Shown here: piece by piece, positions 31,599 through 32,000 of the stretch
Layout: each line of letters starts with the position of its first letter
How positions within the stretch are numbered: the stretch's first letter is position 1
Assembly (NCBI RefSeq): GCF_000195955.2
Contig: NC_000962.3
Location: 1,470,001-1,502,000 of the forward strand
Reading direction: 5' to 3'
Length of the DNA: 32,000 nt
Source of the DNA: Mycobacterium tuberculosis H37Rv
Lineage (GTDB): Bacteria; Actinomycetota; Actinomycetes; Mycobacteriales; Mycobacteriaceae
The notes under the pieces: model-generated
The model's database searches: none
What the model was told of the DNA's origin: nothing
Seen by the model: only the letters and a program-made list of their open reading frames with translations
Made by a program: the position numbers and the translations under genes

Positions 31599-32000
31599 AT
31601 GAACTCCATCACCGACGTCGGGGGCATCCGGGTTGGCCACTACCAGAGACTGGACCCCGACGCGTCCCTCGGCGCCGGGTGGGCTTGTGGCGTCACGGTG
31701 GTGTTGCCGCCGCCCGGGACGGTCGGTGCGGTCGATTGCCGCGGCGGCGCCCCTGGAACCCGCGAGACTGATCTGCTGGACCCGGCCAACAGCGTGCGCT
31801 TCGTCGACGCCCTGTTGCTCGCCGGCGGCAGCGCCTACGGTCTGGCCGCCGCCGATGGCGTCATGCGCTGGCTAGAGGAACACCGGCGCGGCGTCGCGAT
31901 GGACAGCGGCGTGGTGCCCATCGTGCCGGGCGCGGTGATTTTCGACCTTCCGGTCGGCGGCTGGAATTGTCGGCCGACGGCCGATTTCGGCTATTCGGCC
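31599..32000 (+). CDS. P1/S58 (DmpA-type) aminopeptidase family, 5' part, truncated by window end
   Basis: ATG at 31599 gives MNSITDVGGIRVGHYQRLDPDASLGAGWACGVTVVLPPPGTVGAVDCRGGAPGTRETDLLDPANSVRFVDALLLAGGSAYGLAAADGVMRWLEE; no stop before window end. Confidence 0.92.
   Translation, partial: MNSITDVGGIRVGHYQRLDPDASLGAGWACGVTVVLPPPGTVGAVDCRGGAPGTRETDLLDPANSVRFVDALLLAGGSAYGLAAADGVMRWLEEHRRGVAMDSGVVPIVPGAVIFDLPVGGWNCRPTADFGYSA

Overview
This 32 kb window reads as a chromosomal segment of a Mycobacterium tuberculosis complex genome. My gene-order recall matches the Rv1314c-Rv1333 interval of H37Rv, but this is from memory and was not searched. Contents in order: 5' part of a PduO-type cobalamin adenosyltransferase gene (-), murA (+), the single rrn operon (16S-23S-5S, +), ogt-alkA (-), three tandem paralogous HAMP/class III cyclases (-), nucS/endoMS (+), a small Cys/His protein (+), methylmalonyl-CoA epimerase (-), a thiolase fadA4 (+), a YbbN-like thioredoxin/TPR protein (+), a PE_PGRS gene (-), glgB-glgE (-), glgP (+), dinG (-), pncB1 (-), clpS (+), a DUF2017-type gene (+) and the start of a P1/S58 peptidase gene (+). 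I see no CRISPR array, prophage, transposon or obvious unknown multi-gene system. The most interesting observations are: (1) a decayed 5' fragment of nucS, antisense under the 3' end of the middle cyclase gene, which supplies the aberrant C-terminal tail of that cyclase and marks the tandem duplication boundary; (2) an apparent ATG-to-ATA change at the ideally spaced start of fadA4; (3) an 11-nt perfect complementarity between the rrn leader and the 23S-5S spacer; (4) a perfect 29-bp-arm palindrome between two convergent genes, with a related element at the glgP/dinG junction that also encodes the end of DinG.
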